A DNA stretch of 64,000 bases from Heptranchias perlo (Eukaryota): positions 12,152,001-12,216,000 of the forward strand of contig NC_090354.1 of the NCBI RefSeq assembly GCF_035084215.1. Direction: 5' to 3'. Positions 12,100 through 25,997 of this stretch are shown here, in pieces (the first letter of the stretch is position 1; each line of letters opens with the position of its first letter). A program made the position numbers and the translations under genes. The notes below the pieces were generated by a model. The model was not told the origin of the DNA and ran no database searches. It saw nothing but the letters and a program-made list of their open reading frames with translations.

Positions 12100-13233
12100 T
12101 CAAGATGGATACAGAATTGGCTAAGGGACAGGAAACAGAGAGTAGTGGTGAACAGTTGTTTTTCATACTGGAGGGAAGTATACAGTGATGTTCCCCAGGG
12201 GTTGTTACTGGGACCACTGCTTTTCTTGATATATATTAATGACTTGAACTTGGGTGTACAGGGCACAATTTCAAAATTTGCAGATGACACAAAACTTGGA
12301 AGGGTAGTAAACAGTGAGGAGGATTGTAATAGACTTCAAGAGGATATAGACAGGCCGGTGGCATGGGCAGACATGTGGCAGATGAAATTTAATGCAGAAA
12401 AATGCAAAGTGATACATTTCGGTAGGAAGAACGAGGAGAGGCAATATAAACTAGAGGGCACAATTGTAAAAGGGGTACAGGAACAGAGAGATCTGGGGGT
12501 ATATATACACAAATCGTTGAAGGTGACAGGGCAGGTTGAGAAAGTGGTTAAAAAAGCATACGGGATCCTGGGCTTTATAAATAGAGGCATAGAGTACAAA
12601 AGTATGGAAATCATGATAAACCTTTATAAAAGACTGGTTCGGCCACAACTGGAGTATTGTGTCCAGTTCTGGGCACCGCACTTTAGGAAAGATGTGAAGG
12701 TCTTAGAGAGGGTGCAGAAGAGATTTACTAGAATGATTCCAGGGATGAGGAACTTTAGTTATGTGGATAGACTGGAGAAGCTGGGGTTGTTCTCCTTGGA
12801 ACAGGGACGATTGCGAGGAGATTTGATAGAGGTATTCAAAATCATGAAGGGTCTCGACAGAGTAGATAGAGAGAAACTGTTCCCATTGGTGGAAGGGTCA
12901 AGAATCAGAGGACATACATTTAAGGTGATTGGCAAAAGAACCAAAGGTGATATGAGGAAAACCTTTTTTATACAGCAAGTGGTTAGGATCTGGAATGCAC
13001 TGCTGGGGGTGGGGGGGGTAGGGGGGGGGGGTGGGGGGGGTGGGGGGTGGTGGAGGCAGATTCAACGATGGCCTTCAAAAGGGAACTGGATAAGTACTTG
13101 AAAGGAAAAAACTTATAGGGCTACAGGGATAGGGTGGGGAGAGGGACTAGCTGGATTGCTCTTGCATAGAGCCGGTGCGGACTCGATGGGCCGAATGGCC
13201 TCCTTCCATGCTGTAACCTTTCTTTGATTCTAT
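12100..13233 (+). mobile_element. 5'-truncated CR1 LINE, RT C-terminus still in frame
   Basis: ORF 12025..13101 contains VPQG..LGPLLFLIYINDL, SKFADDTK and LVRPQLEYCVQFWAPH. Ends in a CR1-type TTCTATG tail. Poly-G expansion at 13005-13053. Confidence 0.93.
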
Positions 13234-13449
13234 GTCAAGGAATTGCGTTAAATATGCATGACATTGATCATTTGTAACTAATTTACTGCGGTCTCATCCA
13301 AAGCATTGGTACAAATTTATTCTGTGGTGTCCTACGAGGAGACAAAGGGCCTATTGAATGCTTTACAGCCATATCTGTTCTGCAACATGGCACGAATACA
13401 AACAGTAACTCAAAACTGAAACTTTTGTCCTACAGAAATCAAAAAGGGG

Positions 13450-14070
13450 CTTGAGGCAGCCATATGATGCATGCTCATTTACTGTCACACAGGATAACTG
13501 CAGGATGGGCACTGAATGCTCGCTACACTAACAACATCTCAAGAGTACTTCTCTGTTTGCAAGACAGGATGGCACATAACAAAAAGGGGCAGCCCCAAAT
13601 TGAAGGAGTACCCAGAAAATACAAGCCCTTGACTCCCTTTGAGGAGGCAACCCTGGACATAATTGGTCAAGAGAATAGGGGAAGGTGAAATCAAAGGCCT
13701 ACCCCAAAGTCTAGTACCATTCCCTTCTTGACATGTCTTGTCTCCTACTCATTCATTGATATACAAGCATATATTTTCCCACAAAAACATCAGCCACAGT
13801 ATATTACAATGCACGTTCTGTTTGAAGATGCCTTTTGGAGCCTGCATTAGGCCTGGAAAAACAGACAGTAGAGCACTACTAGTGTTCCTGAGAAAGCCCG
13901 CACCTCACAACACCCTGTGCCACCCTCACCAACTTTCACAAGCTTCAGAAGCTGGAAAATGTAGAGCTCGAGGAGTTAGCATCAGTAGCATACATGGGTG
14001 AGGAGGAGCAAGTGGTTGGGACAGATGAAGAGCAGGCACCTCCTGTCCGGAGGGTGGCATGATTCCTTTC
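13450..14070 (+). mobile_element. Harbinger-type Myb-protein gene remnant
   Basis: DRMAHNKKGQPQIEGVPRKYKPLTPFEEATLDIIG resembles the K.AHN...TGGG....LTP.EE motif of Harbinger Myb/SANT proteins. It is preceded by an acceptor-like pyrimidine tract. Confidence 0.45.
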
Positions 14071-14399
14071 TCAGTTTCAATGCCTGGGGATTCAGACCTC
14101 ACAGAGCTTACTTATAAAAGATAATTGTTTTCTGACCAAGGCATTACACTGACAGAAATTTCGAGGCTTTATATCAGGTAGCTGGCTCCTTGGTTTAGCA
14201 CCTTGTGCAAAGTTAGTATGAGTTGAAGTCTTCCTGGTGAGAATCTCACTCAGTCCTTTTCTACTCGAGTGGAAAACAGCACCTAATCAAACGAACCGAC
14301 ACAAAATTTCACAATAGTGCAGTTATACTATTCAATTTGCAAAGCTGTAAACCAGCATCAGTTTAGTATTTTGTACTGACTGTGAGACTCTTTGTAGTT

Positions 14400-16345
14400 C
14401 ATGTGGGAATTGATTGTACTGGATTGTAACTGAAGATGATCTCAATGAAGTTAACAAATAGCGACGATCTCTGAAAGGAACTTGTACTTCATGAGCATTA
14501 TAGGAATTGTGTATTACAATCCAGAGTTAAAGCCCATAAGACAGGCATGTTGAACTGAGAAATAAAATAGCTGCCTGAGTTGACAAGTTCACAGCCTGAC
14601 TGCATAACAAGAACAAACTGGTTGAAGTTCATAAAACTGCTTGCCAGTTGCGTCATGTAGCAGTAATAAATAATCCACTATTTAGCAAAGAAGCTGTAGT
14701 GTGTCTGCTGTGGAAGAAGAGACATCATTACATGGTTTCAGAAGCACTGAAAGGTGACACAACACATGATGCAAGCATTTGATGAGATGGCTATTCATGG
14801 ACTGCTGCCAGTTGAACATTTGCAACATTTGATTGAACATCCAACTCAAATCTGGAAGAGGTTCAAGCAAAGGCATGTCAGTTATGAATAAGCAGTAGAG
14901 CTGTTTAGTACAATCACATAGGTTATCAAAAGAAAATGCAGAATGTTCTGAACAAGTTTGAAAAATTTTCCAGCCAAGGAGAGATCCCACATATGAGATA
15001 CATTCAACTCAAGAAATCAAATCAGTGGGAAATTGATAGACTGCTAAGTTATACCGTGAAGAACTTACAGATTCTTGTGATATTGATGGACCAAAAAGTC
15101 ACTGATTTGTGATCAATTTGGGTTTGGATTCAGGGATAGTCGTGTGGGAGAGAGGCTGCTGAGAGGCCAAGAATTAAATCTGTGGATGAACCTCAGAGGT
15201 TCAAATGAAGCAGACTGGAAGCAATGAAGCTATCCGTACAGGTAGGTGAAAATTGAATTCCAAGAATAAACTGCTTGGTCAGAAACTCAGTGACTAGAAA
15301 GTCAAGCTGGTTAATGGTGAGATGATTGAGAGTTTTGTGGATAGAGACAAGTGTCCAGCATTTAGACAAACATAAGAAGTGTGGTTTAAAAATAATTTCA
15401 CTGCTAAATGTAAGACAATGAAACAGCAAAGGAAAAGAGCAACTGAGCCCATGGAAGCAGATGAATAAGATGTCAATTATAGTTACATGAGTGAGAAAGT
15501 GTAGGATTTGAGAAAAAATGCTCCAAAACAGTTGTCTGTGACATTGTGGGTCAATGGTAAGGATGACATCAAATTTTAGCTAGATTGTGGAGCTACCTGC
15601 AATATACTTCCCCTCAAAGAGAACTCAGATGCTATGGGAAGTACAGATAATCTCTTTCTCTAAAGGAGCAAAGCTGGGTTGAAAATGTATAATCATTCTG
15701 TCATTTATCCAGTAGCCATATCAGACTGGACTTCATTGGAGAAAGATTTACATACAATGTAGATAAAGTTGTCACACCCCTGTTGTGTGCAGAGACATGT
15801 CAGAACCTGAACTTCCTGTAGATGCTACTAGCTCATACACTACATCACGCTGTAAATACCTTAATGACTGGTTAGTTATAGAATCAGTGATATATTAGGC
15901 AATTAATAATGAGTATGATGATGTGTTTGAAGGCCTGAGATACCGTGTTGAAGTAAATCCATGTGCACTCTCCAAAAATTTCCTGATGTGTGGAGGGAGT
16001 TTCTGATGTCCTGGTAACAATAGAGCTGTAAGTGACATAGCCTATGAATCAAGTACATGTATAGTTCTGAAACTTAACAAGCTGAGAATCTGTACTGATC
16101 CGAAGGACTTACACAAGGCAATCGTGCTTGGTAAACATTACTGGCAATTCAAGAGATTACCATGAAACTTAGCGTTGCTAAGTTTTTCTTAAAGGTGCTA
16201 AAAATAGTTTCAAGCAGTTAAGCTTATACAAAAAGCATGATTTACTAGCCAGCTTCAACACCCCTTTTTGGAAAGTATTGGTGGGTGTGCATGTCATTTG
16301 ACATTGCATCAGCTCCTGACGAATATCAAAGATGAATGCATTTAA
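14400..16345 (+). mobile_element. Degraded Gypsy/Ty3 LTR retrotransposon (gag-PR-RT remnant)
   Basis: LTR-end/PBS-like ACA-TGGTTTCAGAAG near 14730; gag-like RDSRVGERLL near 15140; protease IKF*LDCGATCNIL near 15570; RT KLRICTDPKDLHKAI near 16080; FNTPF..IASAPDEYQR at 16255-16335. Multiple stops and frameshifts. Confidence 0.8.
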
Positions 16346-16389
16346 TACACTACAAGTGACTTTTTAAAACTTCAGCTAGTGAACACATA

Positions 16390-16634
16390 GCGGGTAATTT
16401 TAAACCCCAAGAACGGGTGGGTTGTGGGTAGGTGGGAGTTGAAAATAGTTGTTTTTTGGGTCACGACTGCAACCCGGCTGTCTTTTCCGGGTTTAACGTC
16501 GCATGGAAAGGTACAGGCTTCCCACTGGGAATGCAAAGTCCGAAAATTTTGCGGTTGCGACCCAAAAAAACCCAGCTATTTTCAACTCCCACCCGCCCCG
16601 AACCTACCCGTTCTTGGGGTTTAAAATCACCTGC
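16390..16634. mobile_element. MITE with about 80-bp terminal inverted repeats (Harbinger-like ends)
   Basis: GGTAATTTTAAACCCCAAGAACGGGT...GGGAGTTGAAAATAG pairs with CTATTTTCAACTCCC...ACCCGTTCTTGGGGTTTTAAAATCACC. Confidence 0.8.
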
Positions 16635-17017
16635 ATGAAGTCTAGTAGGTGCTTTGCATTGTGTAAATACCATTACAAAGATTTTGGTGTTCATTTCCCC
16701 TCAAATATTGTAACATTTCTTTAAAAAAAACTAATTAATACATAGTCCCAAAACCATTCAAGTTTAACATACAAATTGATTTCTTCAACATTGAAGGTGC
16801 ACTAAAATCTGACTTAACCCACAAGTATCAACGTGTCTAAGAATTTAGGAGAGTGGGACTGAGGCTCACTGACTGGTCAAATTCATGAACGCACATTTTC
16901 AGTGACAGAAGCAGTCACTCTGCCTACTGACAAACTACTCAGCTTCTTCGAACAGCTGCGAGAGCCTCAGGTCCCACTGCTGAATCACTGAAATGTCATA
17001 GAGTAAAAGAAAAACCA

Positions 17018-17850
17018 GAAAGACTTACATTTGTATAGCCGCTTATAACATCCCTCAGAAACCTCAAAACTCTTGAGGGGAGATTTTCCTGGTTCGGCAG
17101 CCAGGTGCACTGGATCAGCAAATGTCAGGAAGGCCTGAGGGCACATCTGTGAAGGAACCCACCCAATTTTCATCCGTTTAATGGAGGAAAATTGGGCATG
17201 TTCCTTTACAGGTGTGCACTTCAGCCCGCCCAATTTTCTGATATCCGCTGTGCCCAGGCAATGCAGTGCAGCTGGCCGCAGACACAAGACAGTGATCCCT
17301 TTGGGGTGCAGTGATACAAGTGCCATTTTGCACACAAACAGCAAATGAGATTAATGACTAATTAGTCAGCTTTTGATGGCGTTGACTAAAGGAGGAATGC
17401 TGGTGGGACATAAAGCGACTTCTTTGCTCTGCTTTAAATAGTGGAGCAGGAGCTTTGATGTCCACCTGTTCCGACACATCGGGGGTTGGCATAACATTTC
17501 ATTTTATGGTACAGCACCTCCAACAATGCGATAGCCCTCAGTATCGCACTGGAGTGTAGGCTTAAATTGTGGGCAAAATGCTTTGAGAATCTACGCCACC
17601 CTGCAGGGCCATCCTTGCAGCAGGCATCTCTTTAGAAAACTGCCCACGATTCTTTTCTTCAAAGAAATCAATGGATATCAAATCTCAGGTAACATAGCCA
17701 TGGTTTTCTGACAAGCTGTGCTCAAGGCCCTGCTGGTGATATAGGGTCTTGAGAAATGTCGCTCTGTATTCTGACCTCCTGAAGCAGCAGCCGAGCTTGA
17801 ACCCACAATCTTCTGATTCAAGAGGCCGAGTGTCCTGCCACTGAATCAAA
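17018..17850 (-). mobile_element. Deu-domain SINE interrupted by small insertions
   Basis: 3' tail at 17018-17075, Deu-like core at about 17320-17570, tRNA-like head (CTTGAACCCACAATCTTCTGATTCA...CCACTGA) at about 17790-17850. Confidence 0.55.
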
Positions 17851-18699
17851 TTTCTGTAAAGCTTTTAACTGCAGTGCATTGTTCCAAAAACCAAGCTGCT
17901 TGATTGAGTGATTACTTTTAAATTACTGTGTTGAACAGATTGTACAAACCGTGCCAGTCATGCAACACTCTGCAGGAAACAGCTGCATCTAATCTGGTTT
18001 GTAAATATGATAAGATGTGTAATCATAGAATCATACAGCACAGAAGGAAGCCCTCCAGCCCATTGTGCCTGTGAAAGAGCTATCCAATTAGTCCCACTCC
18101 CCCTCTCTTTCCCCATAGCCCTGCAAAGTGGGCAACAAAAGTAGCAGTCTTGATAAGGAGGCTGGAAATTACATAATAAGATTTTAGGATAATAGGATTT
18201 AATAATAAATAATAAATAAAATAATAGGATTTAATAATAAATAAGATTTAGAAAATAACCATCATCAATATATTGGGTGTCACTGCTGTTTGGGTGAAAG
18301 CTTGAAGACAAAACTATTTCAGGGTTTTACTACAGAATATGCCTTCGTATGAAGACAGCTACTAGAACTAATAACTATTAAAACTATTATAATGCTTCTT
18401 TTGCATGCTATGGAGCAATTTTGTCTTTGCAACAATGCAAAATGTGCAAAATAACGGCAACCAGTGTGAGTTTCAGCTTTTGCACTAGTTGTAATATAAA
18501 GGCGACTAAGGATTCAGAACAGAATGTGTTGTTCCAACGTCTTTTGTCAGCGGTATATTGATTTATATTCTGAATATTATGAATGCATATTTCAAAACCA
18601 GCTTTTGCTTGGAATAGCTGGAAGATGAGAATATCATCCAGTATTGTCATTTTACATTTTGGATGATCATAGTTTCCTATTTACTTTTTCTCCTTTTAG

Positions 18700-18988
18700 G
18701 AACAATTAACTCCTTTGAAACAAAAGACGTTGTGTATGAACTCAAATCAGTCCCATGGAAAAGTGATGAGAAGGTACATGTGCCCACAATGAAAAAGCAG
18801 ATATTAGACACAGAAAAGAAAGCATCTTTCAGAGCTGGAACAAAAATGCCCAGATATCTGAGTTTTGTAAATCTAGATCAGAAAAATCAATGGGGCCATC
18901 CTCGAGGATACAGGATTCAAGTGGTAAGCTTCAACCCTGACAGTGTACCAGAAGAAAGTCCAGAAGAAAAAGGCATCTCCTGGCAAAG
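18700..18988 (+). CDS. AOC3: Copper amine oxidase exon 2
   Basis: Acceptor ttttag|G; GTINSFETKD...NQWGHPRGYRIQ...ISWQR; donor AG|gtattt. 289 nt, phases fit exons 1 and 3. Confidence 0.93.
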
Positions 18989-20080
18989 GTATTTACCTCT
19001 TGGTCACTGAATATTATCCGACCGTCTGGCACTCTCGCCCTGCCAGGTTACGAAAATAATACAACTGATTTTAGATTCCTTGCAATGGTAAACTATGTTG
19101 GGGCCTGGTTATTTCATATTTTTGAGTCATTTATAATAAATACCCTGTTTTAGTTGCATCTACAATGCTATGATTTTGCACAGGGGAGATGTAGAAGTAT
19201 TAGTAAATGTGGTTAATTTATATATCCACACTTACACAAGATTCCATTTATTCAAGAGCTTTAGATTTCCCTTGATATCATCATTGGTTAGTGAATAGTG
19301 TTGTGTTTATCATGCTATAGGGAAGGACAAAAAAGCGAACTATCATGTGTATTAATTGATGCTCCATGACTTGCTCACGAAAAAATGTGTCACTCTGTCT
19401 TCCTGTAATTCCCTTTGCTTGACTGTCACTCACTAACTTTTTCTCTCTTGTTTTCTGTTTGCTTTCCACTTTCTGTCTTGTTTTACTCTCTCTGTATGCC
19501 TGTCACTCGCTTTCATATTTGTATCTCTGTATTAGTCTGACCTACTTCTAACTCTCTTTTCCTCTGTGTAAGTCTTGCCTTGTCTTTTCTCCTCTCTTCT
19601 TTGTACCTGTAACTTTTTCTGTGTGCTTCTCACACATTTTCTGTCTTCTTATATGTCTGTCTTTCTGTATTACTGACAATCTATATGCCTCTTTCATGCT
19701 TCCCCTTTTTATCTACAATACTGTTTTTTTCTGTATGGTTTTCATTCTTTCCTTTTCTTCTCATTTGTTAAGGGCAGACTCAGGCTACCAAACTTCTGCT
19801 AGCTTCAGAAACACTTCCCTCTAGGAACAAGTAGGTGGGGGATTTTGTCATCTTTTTTGCTTTTGTCCAAAGGTTAGAAGAGAGGCTGCAGACCACCAGT
19901 TCATAACATCTCCATCTGTGCTGGAATTTTGAGGCCTATATTCCTGCGCCTTACAGATGGAAAACTTTTAATAATACAGGTAGACCGGATACAAAGGAAA
20001 AAAAAATGTACACCACCATTTGAATCTGTGCATATTCTGGGAACAACGTGAGTTAATATATATCGTTTCATCCAATATAG

Positions 20081-20210
20081 GTACCAGTTGGCAGTGACAA
20101 AATACAAAGATGAAGAGCAGAAAAGCAGCAGCATCTACAATCAGAATAACCTCTGGACGCCTGCTGTTTATTTTGATGACTTTATTAATGATGAAAGCAT
20201 TAAAAATGAG
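20081..20210 (+). CDS. AOC3: Copper amine oxidase exon 3
   Basis: Acceptor aatatag|G; YQLAVTKYKDEEQKSSSIYNQNNLWTPAVYFDDFINDESIKNE; donor |gtttgt. 130 nt. Not in the ORF track. Confidence 0.93.
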
Positions 20211-20789
20211 GTTTGTTTTTATATATATACATATATGTGTATAAGCAACTTGTAGATATATTTGTCCTGGATCTGCAGAACATGGATTATAACCACAATT
20301 CCCCACAGAAAGTGAGGAGTGGTGGGTGAGCAATCTCAGGTCATTCTTGCACACCCGATGCTTGGTAGGGAATTGCACTGTGCAATGTGGTACTAAGCCA
20401 TACAGAGCAGAAGGTCTGTGTTGAATTAGCTGACCTCTGCCTGGGCAGCAGTTGAGGTACTATCATTGGCCTCAGCACCCCTGAGCTAAGGATGGCACAT
20501 TTTGTTAGGGCTCCATATTCCGATTAACTCTGCTGAAACATGGTTACGGACATTGGGTGATGCTAGGATTGGGTTAGGCCTTGATGCCATTATCTGCTCA
20601 CTAGCTTAGCCTCCTGCTCCTGAAGAATGATCCCCCTTGGGTGAGGTACTGGATGGTGACTAAGGAGCTGGACTTTGGCACAAGTCAGTATTTCAGGAAA
20701 GGAGAGGAGAAAATTAGTGGGAAATCTTTTTTTTAAATGACGAAAATGCCAATTGGTAACAATACTATTTTCTTCATATTTATAAACAG

Positions 20790-21065
20790 GACCTGGTAGC
20801 CTGGATTACAGCTGGCTTTCTCCACATTCCCCATGCAGAAGATGTCCCTAACACCGCCACAACCGGAAATGGCGTTGGCTTCTTTTTAAAACCAATTAAC
20901 TACTTTAACAATGACCCATCTGTTTACTCTCAAGACGCAGTCTACATAGATCCTTCCAAGGAAGCAGAAGGATGTGAGGACAATCCTATGGCATGTACAC
21001 CTGAACTTGCTTCCTGTATACCTAATCTCCCAGAATTTAACTATGGAAAAGACCGGGAATTTTAG
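20790..21065 (+). CDS. AOC3: Copper amine oxidase exon 4 (to stop)
   Basis: Acceptor aaacag|; [22 protein letters not shown] (third Cu His)...[14 protein letters not shown] at 21063-21065. Spliced CDS is 2265 nt = 754 aa. Confidence 0.94.
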   Translation, partial: DLVAWITAGFLHIPHAEDVPNTATTGNGVGFFLKPINYFNNDPSVYSQDAVYIDPSKEAEGCEDNPMACTPELASCIPNLPEFNYGKDREF

Positions 21066-21073
21066 CTGTTTAT

Positions 21074-22390
21074 AAGAATGTAAGAACATAAGAAATAGGA
21101 GCAGAAGTAGGCTGAACAGCCCCTCGAGCCTGCTCCACCATTCAGTAAGATCACTTAGATAAGGAGACCAAAACTGTACTCAGTACTCCAGGTGAGATCT
21201 CACCAAAGCCCTGTACAATTGTAATAAGACTTCCTTACTCTTGTACTCTAATTCCCTTGCAATAAAGGCCAACATGGCATTTGCTTTCCTAATTGCTTGC
21301 TGTACCTGCATGCTAATTTTTTGTGTTTCTTGTCCCAGGATACCCAAGTCTCTCTGAACACCAACATTTACTAGTTTCTCACCATTTAAAAAATATTCTG
21401 TTTTTCTATTCTTCCCACCAAAGTGAATAACCTCACATTTCCCCACATTATACTCCATCTGCCACCTTCTTGCCCACTCATTTAACCTGTCTTTATCCCT
21501 TTGCAGGCTCTTTGTGTCTTCCTCACAGCTTACTTTCCCACCTAGTATCGTCAGCAAACTTGGGTGCATCACACTCGGCCCCTTCATCTAAATCATTAAT
21601 ATAGATTGTACATAGCTGAGGCCCAAGCACCGATCCTTGCAGCACCCCACTAGTTAGAGCCTGGCAACCTGAAAATGACCCGTTTATCCCTACTTTCTCT
21701 TTTCTGTCCAATAACCAATCCTCTATCCATGCTATATGTTACCCCCAACCCCATGAGCCCTTATCTAAATTCTATCATATTATGATCACTCTTCCCCAGA
21801 GGAGCCTTTATTATAAGATTACTAATTAATCCTGTCTCATTACACAATACTAGATCTAAAATAGCCTGTTCCCTAGTTGGCTTCTCGACATATTGTTCTA
21901 GAAAACTGTCTTGGATACATTCCGTGAATCGTCCTCTACTTTTGCCAATTTGGTTTGCCCAGTCTATATGAAGATTAAAGTCCCCCATGATTATTGCATT
22001 ACCCTTGTTATATGCTCCTCTAATTTCATGATTTATACTCTGCCCAACACTATAGCTACTGTTAGGGGGTCTGTAAACTACTCTCACCAATGTTTTCTGC
22101 CCCTTGTTATTTCTTAGCTCCACTCATACCGATTCTACATTCCGATTTTCTGAGCTAAGATCCTTTCTCACTACTGTCTTTATCCCATCCTTTATTATCA
22201 GGGCTACCCATCCCCCCCGCCCTTTCCATTTTGCCCTTTTCTAAAAGTCAAATACCCTGGAATGTTTAGTTCCCAATCTTGGTCACCCTGCAACCACGTC
22301 TCAGTAATGGCTACTAGATCAAACCCATTTATCTCTATTTGTGCCATTAATTCATCTATCTTGTTACGAATGCTTTGTGCATTCAGATTC
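21074..22390 (-). mobile_element. CR1 LINE with internal deletions, immediately after the AOC stop codon
   Basis: Minus ORFs give an endonuclease part (VYRPPNS, MGDFN, LDLVL, SDHN; 21761..22123) and RT parts (21180..21711). The tail repeat TAAGAACATAAGAAATAGG lies at about 21080. Confidence 0.9.
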
Positions 22391-25300
22391 TGAGCAGACT
22401 AATTAATTTTTTTTGGTAAATGAATAAGTTAAATTCCATTTTTGTTACATGGGATTCTGGGACTTTTACAATGTTTTGAGAATTGCATTCCAAAATCATG
22501 GCTGTTTATAATTAGGCCCAATGGATTATAGTGACTGAATAAGTCAAATTTTGTTTTTATTACACGGGATTTTTGAATCTTTCCAGGATTTTTACTGATA
22601 TTTTGGGGATTGAATTCTATGATTCCATCCGTTTATTCTTCCTAATAAGGAGTTAAATCATAAGTGAGTTTCAGCCAGCTTCACAAACGATGATATTTAT
22701 CATATCTTACAGTTAGTTTGCCTTTCTATTTGTAAACATTTTTATAACTTTATTTTTAAATACATTTTTATGTTTTTATATTATAAACTTGCCAAAATGA
22801 AAGAAACTCCTTAACTCCTAGACTGAATGTATAATAGTATAATATTTCATGGTGTCACAAATTTAATTACTTTGGCATATGCCAATAATGCCATGTTGAT
22901 TATTCTATTTCTACTACACATTAGTGTGTTCACTTAAAGAAAATATATATAAAGCAATAAATAAAGGTATAAATGGAGTTATGACCCTCATCACCTGAGG
23001 TCACATGACATTATCAGTATTACTTTTGAGTCACAGAACCTCATCACTAGGGAGGTCCCATGTCTGATAGTGATCACTACTACAAAGTGAAAAGTGTTTT
23101 TGTTAGTACTGATAATACTGCAACAGGGAAGCAATCTCCTACAATAATGCCATCTTTAGGTTGAAAGTTCCTATTGATTAACAGGTCTACACTTGGCAGA
23201 CTGGACCCGTGGTTTTCTGTCCTACATCAGTTGTCACAATGGGAACCATACCATGAGCAGCCATTTCCTGGAGGAAAAATAATCTCTGAAAAACGGTGAC
23301 CTTGTAGATTGGATAGATTTCCATTGATGAGATAAGGTGATGCAGTCAGCATAAAAATGCTTTTCTTTTCCACGGTTGCATCTGTGGTAAATCAGGATCA
23401 ATTCCATGGGACCTTGTGTAATATCTTTGTACACAGATTTCTTCATTAATTTAGAAGATTTTCTTAAGAATCCGATGAAAAATAAAACACTGGTTAAAAG
23501 AAAAAGAGTGGCTATCTTGATTCAAATTTGATTGCCGATTTTCTGGTGGGCAGTTGTGATTATCTTAAAGAAGGCAGTCGTTCCAATGAAAGTAAAACAG
23601 AAATGATGTGCGGTTGCCTCCATTTTTTCTGTTGTTTTATGCAAAAATGTGTAACTTTTCTGTGGTTAGGAACTCTTTCCCATACATTATGCTATAAAAG
23701 GAAAAGTCTGAGATAAAGCAGAGTGTTTCCTGCTGTGGGTTATAGGTTAACAGTATTGATTCATCAAGGCTTTCTGGCTAGCAATTGTGAAATGCCTGGT
23801 TACGTAGGGTTAGAGAGTTGTGGCATACCTGTTGTCATGGTCACTATAAATTACTCAATCTTATAACGTGAATATAATTTACCATTCAGATAGATGTATG
23901 ATGTACAGATGAAATCGTTTTGACAGGGTTTTGAAACTGATACAACCATCTTATAAAAATTATGTGGGATCTGAATTTCAGCTGCCATCTTTGATATTCA
24001 GCGACGCACGGAGTTGTACAGTAACATCACTATGGTAACAACTTAGTGCAGCATCATTACATGTTCAGCATTCCCCCATATCCCCCCTGCCACGAACAAG
24101 AAGTTGATGGAGGGAAGCAAAGGTCATGCAATTACAACCAACTGCTAAGATACATGAATATATAATACCATCATCATTTGAGAACTGAATGGCGTGATTA
24201 ATGATAGCAATTCATAAGTTCACCTTTTTAAGTCGAATGACCATTCTTCATCTGGTAATGTGATTGTTATGAGGTAAATACATCATTATCCATCTGCGGA
24301 TTCAGAGCTGGTATTAACTCTTGATAGTGTAGCCACGACATGTCAACAATAATACAATATAAAACCTGACAGACATCGTAGTCTTGTCTTTCAGCTACAG
24401 ATGAATAGGATCCACATCACATTAAGCGGTTCAAAATTATATCATATATCAGATTGGTTGAGCACAACAGTCAGATCCTGCTTCATGAAGGCTTGAATCA
24501 CATAGAAAACCCGTCAGGATTCTGGCTTATGATCATTATCCAGTGATCCTGCTGGGAAATATGTGTGAGAAGTTGTTGGGTATGTCAAAAATAGCTCCTT
24601 GAGTGAAGCACTGGGAGACTCTACCCCAGTTTAAATCAGCAGAGGTGGGGAGAAAGTGTGGGGAAAAAAAATAACAATTTTAAAAGCAAATTCAATTCGA
24701 CAGCTTTGAGACACATTTTGAAAACAGTCACATTCGCTGGTACAGCAGCAATTATTCTCTTCAGGAGGTGGCACTGTTCCCTAACAATACCATAGTTCAA
24801 GTGTTTGTAATGACCATTACGGAGTAAAAAAAGAAGCTAGTTAATTGTTGGGTGGACTCCAGATGGCTCACTAACACAGGAATGATTTAAACCTGGAAAT
24901 TAAGATGAGCAACGTAATCGTATGAAGACTTAACATGCTAGCACCAAATTCCTCTCTGATATGTTAATGGAGATGTTAACCCCTTTATTTTAAATAGATT
25001 CATGGTTCCCTTAAAATAGCGGAGAGCAATTTGATAAAATTAGGCTAAGCCTTCGTATTATAACATCATTCATGGTAATTTCCAGATTTTATTCTCAATT
25101 AACAATTATATTTGTAACTACTAGTTAATAACAATCAATGTAACTTTCTGTATAATGAACTTGTAACAATATTACATCTCTTCTGTTTTCAATAAAAGAT
25201 ATGATTGACGAAGCAATGAGTTTGTTTATTTCTAGAAGATGTCAATCATCATTGAGGTACAAATAGCTTAATCCATGCGATCACACCCATCTAGTGACCT

Positions 25301-25797
25301 CATTATGGAGGCTAGAGTTCAGTTAGTTTTTATCCAGATAGTTTATCAGTGTTTCACTCAGTGTGGCAAATGACCATGAGGAACTTCTAAAGGCAAAGAA
25401 AGCAGTAAGCACCAGAGAAGTGTTAAGTTAATTGTTCCACGTGACATATTTTGGTTTATGAAGTAGAACCATACTCTATCCCAGCTATTTCAACATAGAC
25501 TTAATACAATACAAATACAATTAATGCAAAAAACCTTGACAGTTTCAGGCTCCCAGCACATGCCAGAAGTGCACACCAGGCAATTCTGCACTCACAGAAA
25601 GAGAATTTCTATCCTATAAGGGCTGGGCATGTGCAGTTTTCCAATATGCAGTCCCTGGGGACACCAAAGTGGAAAATCTCCTGAGTGATAACTCTTCAAT
25701 AGGAGTGATATATTTGAAGCAGACATTAGTTGCACATTTTAAGTGAGTAAAATAAAACTACTAAACAAAGGCAACATAAAGCTGTAAGAAAAAGAGA

Positions 25798-25990
25798 GAA
25801 ACTGCAAATTCTTAAAATCTGAAATAAAAACAGAAAATACTGAAAACACTCAGTGGGTTTATCCACATCAGTAAAAAGAAACGATAGGTTAATGCTTCAG
25901 GTGTACACCTTTCATCAGTTATGAACCCAAAATATTAACCAGCCTTTTTACGGATTCTGATCTGCTATGCAGCATTTTCAATTTCTATTT
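25798..25990. mobile_element. Old degenerate Penelope-derived fold-back (same family as 43314-43543)
   Basis: AATCTGAAATAAAAACAGAAAATACTG...GGTTAATGCTTCAGG...TTCATCAG, followed by a decayed mirror arm. Confidence 0.55.
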
Positions 25991-25997
25991 AATATAG

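Noticed and set aside
20380-20720. Recurrent sequence (also near 24450, 41400, 46300, 48940, 55380) as a conserved ncRNA or tRNA
   Set aside because: Dispersed, diverged copies on both strands fit an old SINE-like repeat. No cloverleaf is evident, and the family could not be named.
22415-22620. Short duplicated motif TGAATAAGTCAAAT..TTTTATTACA, also at about 36148
   Set aside because: Most simply fragments of a dispersed repeat; no evidence of function.
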